A DNA stretch of 64,000 bases. Source: Malacoraja senta. Taxonomy: Eukaryota. A model generated the notes under the pieces. The model worked only from the letters and a program-made list of their open reading frames with translations. It was not told the DNA's origin and did not search any database. Shown here piece after piece: positions 62,818 through 64,000 of this stretch. A program made the position numbers and the translations under genes. Location of the stretch: NCBI GenBank assembly GCA_038087875.1, contig CM075998.1, positions 5,458,001-5,522,000 of the forward strand, read 5' to 3'. Within the stretch, counting starts at the first letter, position 1. The number at the start of each line of letters is the position of its first letter.

Positions 62818-64000
62818 AATCCATTACCTCTTTACAACTTTCCTTTCTATCAAATTTTGTGCCATCAGAAAACATGCATATCTTTAGTGCTTTCATCCAT
62901 CATTGACATAAACTGTAAAAGGTTCAGGCTCCAGTACTGACCCCTGTGCCACATCACTCTTTACATCTTGACAATTAGAAAAAGACCCATTTCTGCCCAT
63001 CCTGCCAGACAATCGTCTATCCACACTAAAATGTTACATCCTACACGGTACTTTAATTTTAATGCGGTACCTTATTAAATACCGTCTGGAAATCCAAGTG
63101 GCGTACATGCACTGATTTCACTTTATCCACAGCACACGTTGTAGATCAAACAGTATTGCTGATTTGATCCGTGTCTGGTTTTGCTGCTGACTTGATCCAT
63201 ATTCCATGTCAGGTTTCCCACACTACCACCTAGGGCATGTGGGCAGCCATGTTAGTTCGCTCAACTTACGACTCCAAGCCTACAGTACTCATTTTGATGG
63301 TCTCTGTATGTATTCTAATTAAAGTACAATTATAGTCTGAAGAAGGGTTTCGGCCCGAAAAGTTGCCCATTTCCTTCTCTCCATAGATGCTGCTGCACCC
63401 GCTGAGTTTCTCCAGCACTTTTGTCTACCTTCGATTTTCCAGCATCTGCAGTTCCTTCTTAAACACTTATTATGATAAGTTACTTCCTCAAAGAACTCCA
63501 GGAAATTGGTCAAAGGTGACTCTGCTTTCACAAAACAACACTGTGTTTACTGTGTTTACTGGATTACCTTGAATATCCCGATGACAACCCTGTTCTCACC
63601 CTTTACAGCGAAATACTTTGTCCGATCCGTCCCTCCCCCAGCTTCTCAGCAGCTTGATTTAACCTGTTTTCTCACTTTCCCAACTCTGGCGAAGTGTCTG
63701 TGATTTGAAACATTAACTCTGATGCTGCCTGATCTGGTGCGTGTTTCCAGCAATTTCTGATTTATTTCAGTTTTCCATCATCTGCACTTCCCGACACAAA
63801 GACTGCTTCCCAAGCAGAGAAGAGAAGCTTGGCTGTTTCGGAAGACAAGATATGCAACTGCGCCACGGGCAACTATCCCAGTATAAATCCTATAGACTAG
63901 GATCAGCTTTAATCAAAAGGAGCCAGAAATGCAAATCAGGAGACATTAATTCACTGTTGACACAAAGTGCAGGATGAAGCCTCGGGCCTACAGAGGCCAG

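Noticed and set aside
46531..64000. Search for AHR exons 1-2 (bHLH, NPSKRHR and LRLSVSYL)
   Set aside because: No matching sequence was seen on the minus strand. They presumably lie beyond the window.

Overview
Repeat-rich vertebrate genomic DNA. The CR1, Penelope, Rex-Babar, L2 and V-SINE-like repeats suggest a cartilaginous fish such as a skate or ray (inference). One host gene is present: an aryl hydrocarbon receptor (AHR family, bHLH-PAS) on the minus strand. Exons equivalent to human AHR exons 3, 4, 5, 8, 9, 10 and 11 were read with GT-AG boundaries. Exons 1-2 were not found and probably lie beyond position 64000. Exons 6-7 were not found and most likely fall in the 200-N assembly gap at 40214-40413. 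The rest is transposable elements. The most notable is a 5.1 kb P-element-like DNA transposon (8065-13150) with 13-bp TIRs, an 8-bp TSD and a THAP-domain first exon. It sits inside a Penelope element and itself contains a nearly intact Passport-like Tc1 and a Helitron. Penelope terminal repeats carrying hammerhead-ribozyme-like cores recur throughout, often as palindromic mini-insertions with 11-16 bp TSDs. All calls were made by eye without database searches, and repeat boundaries are approximate unless TSDs or TIRs are quoted.
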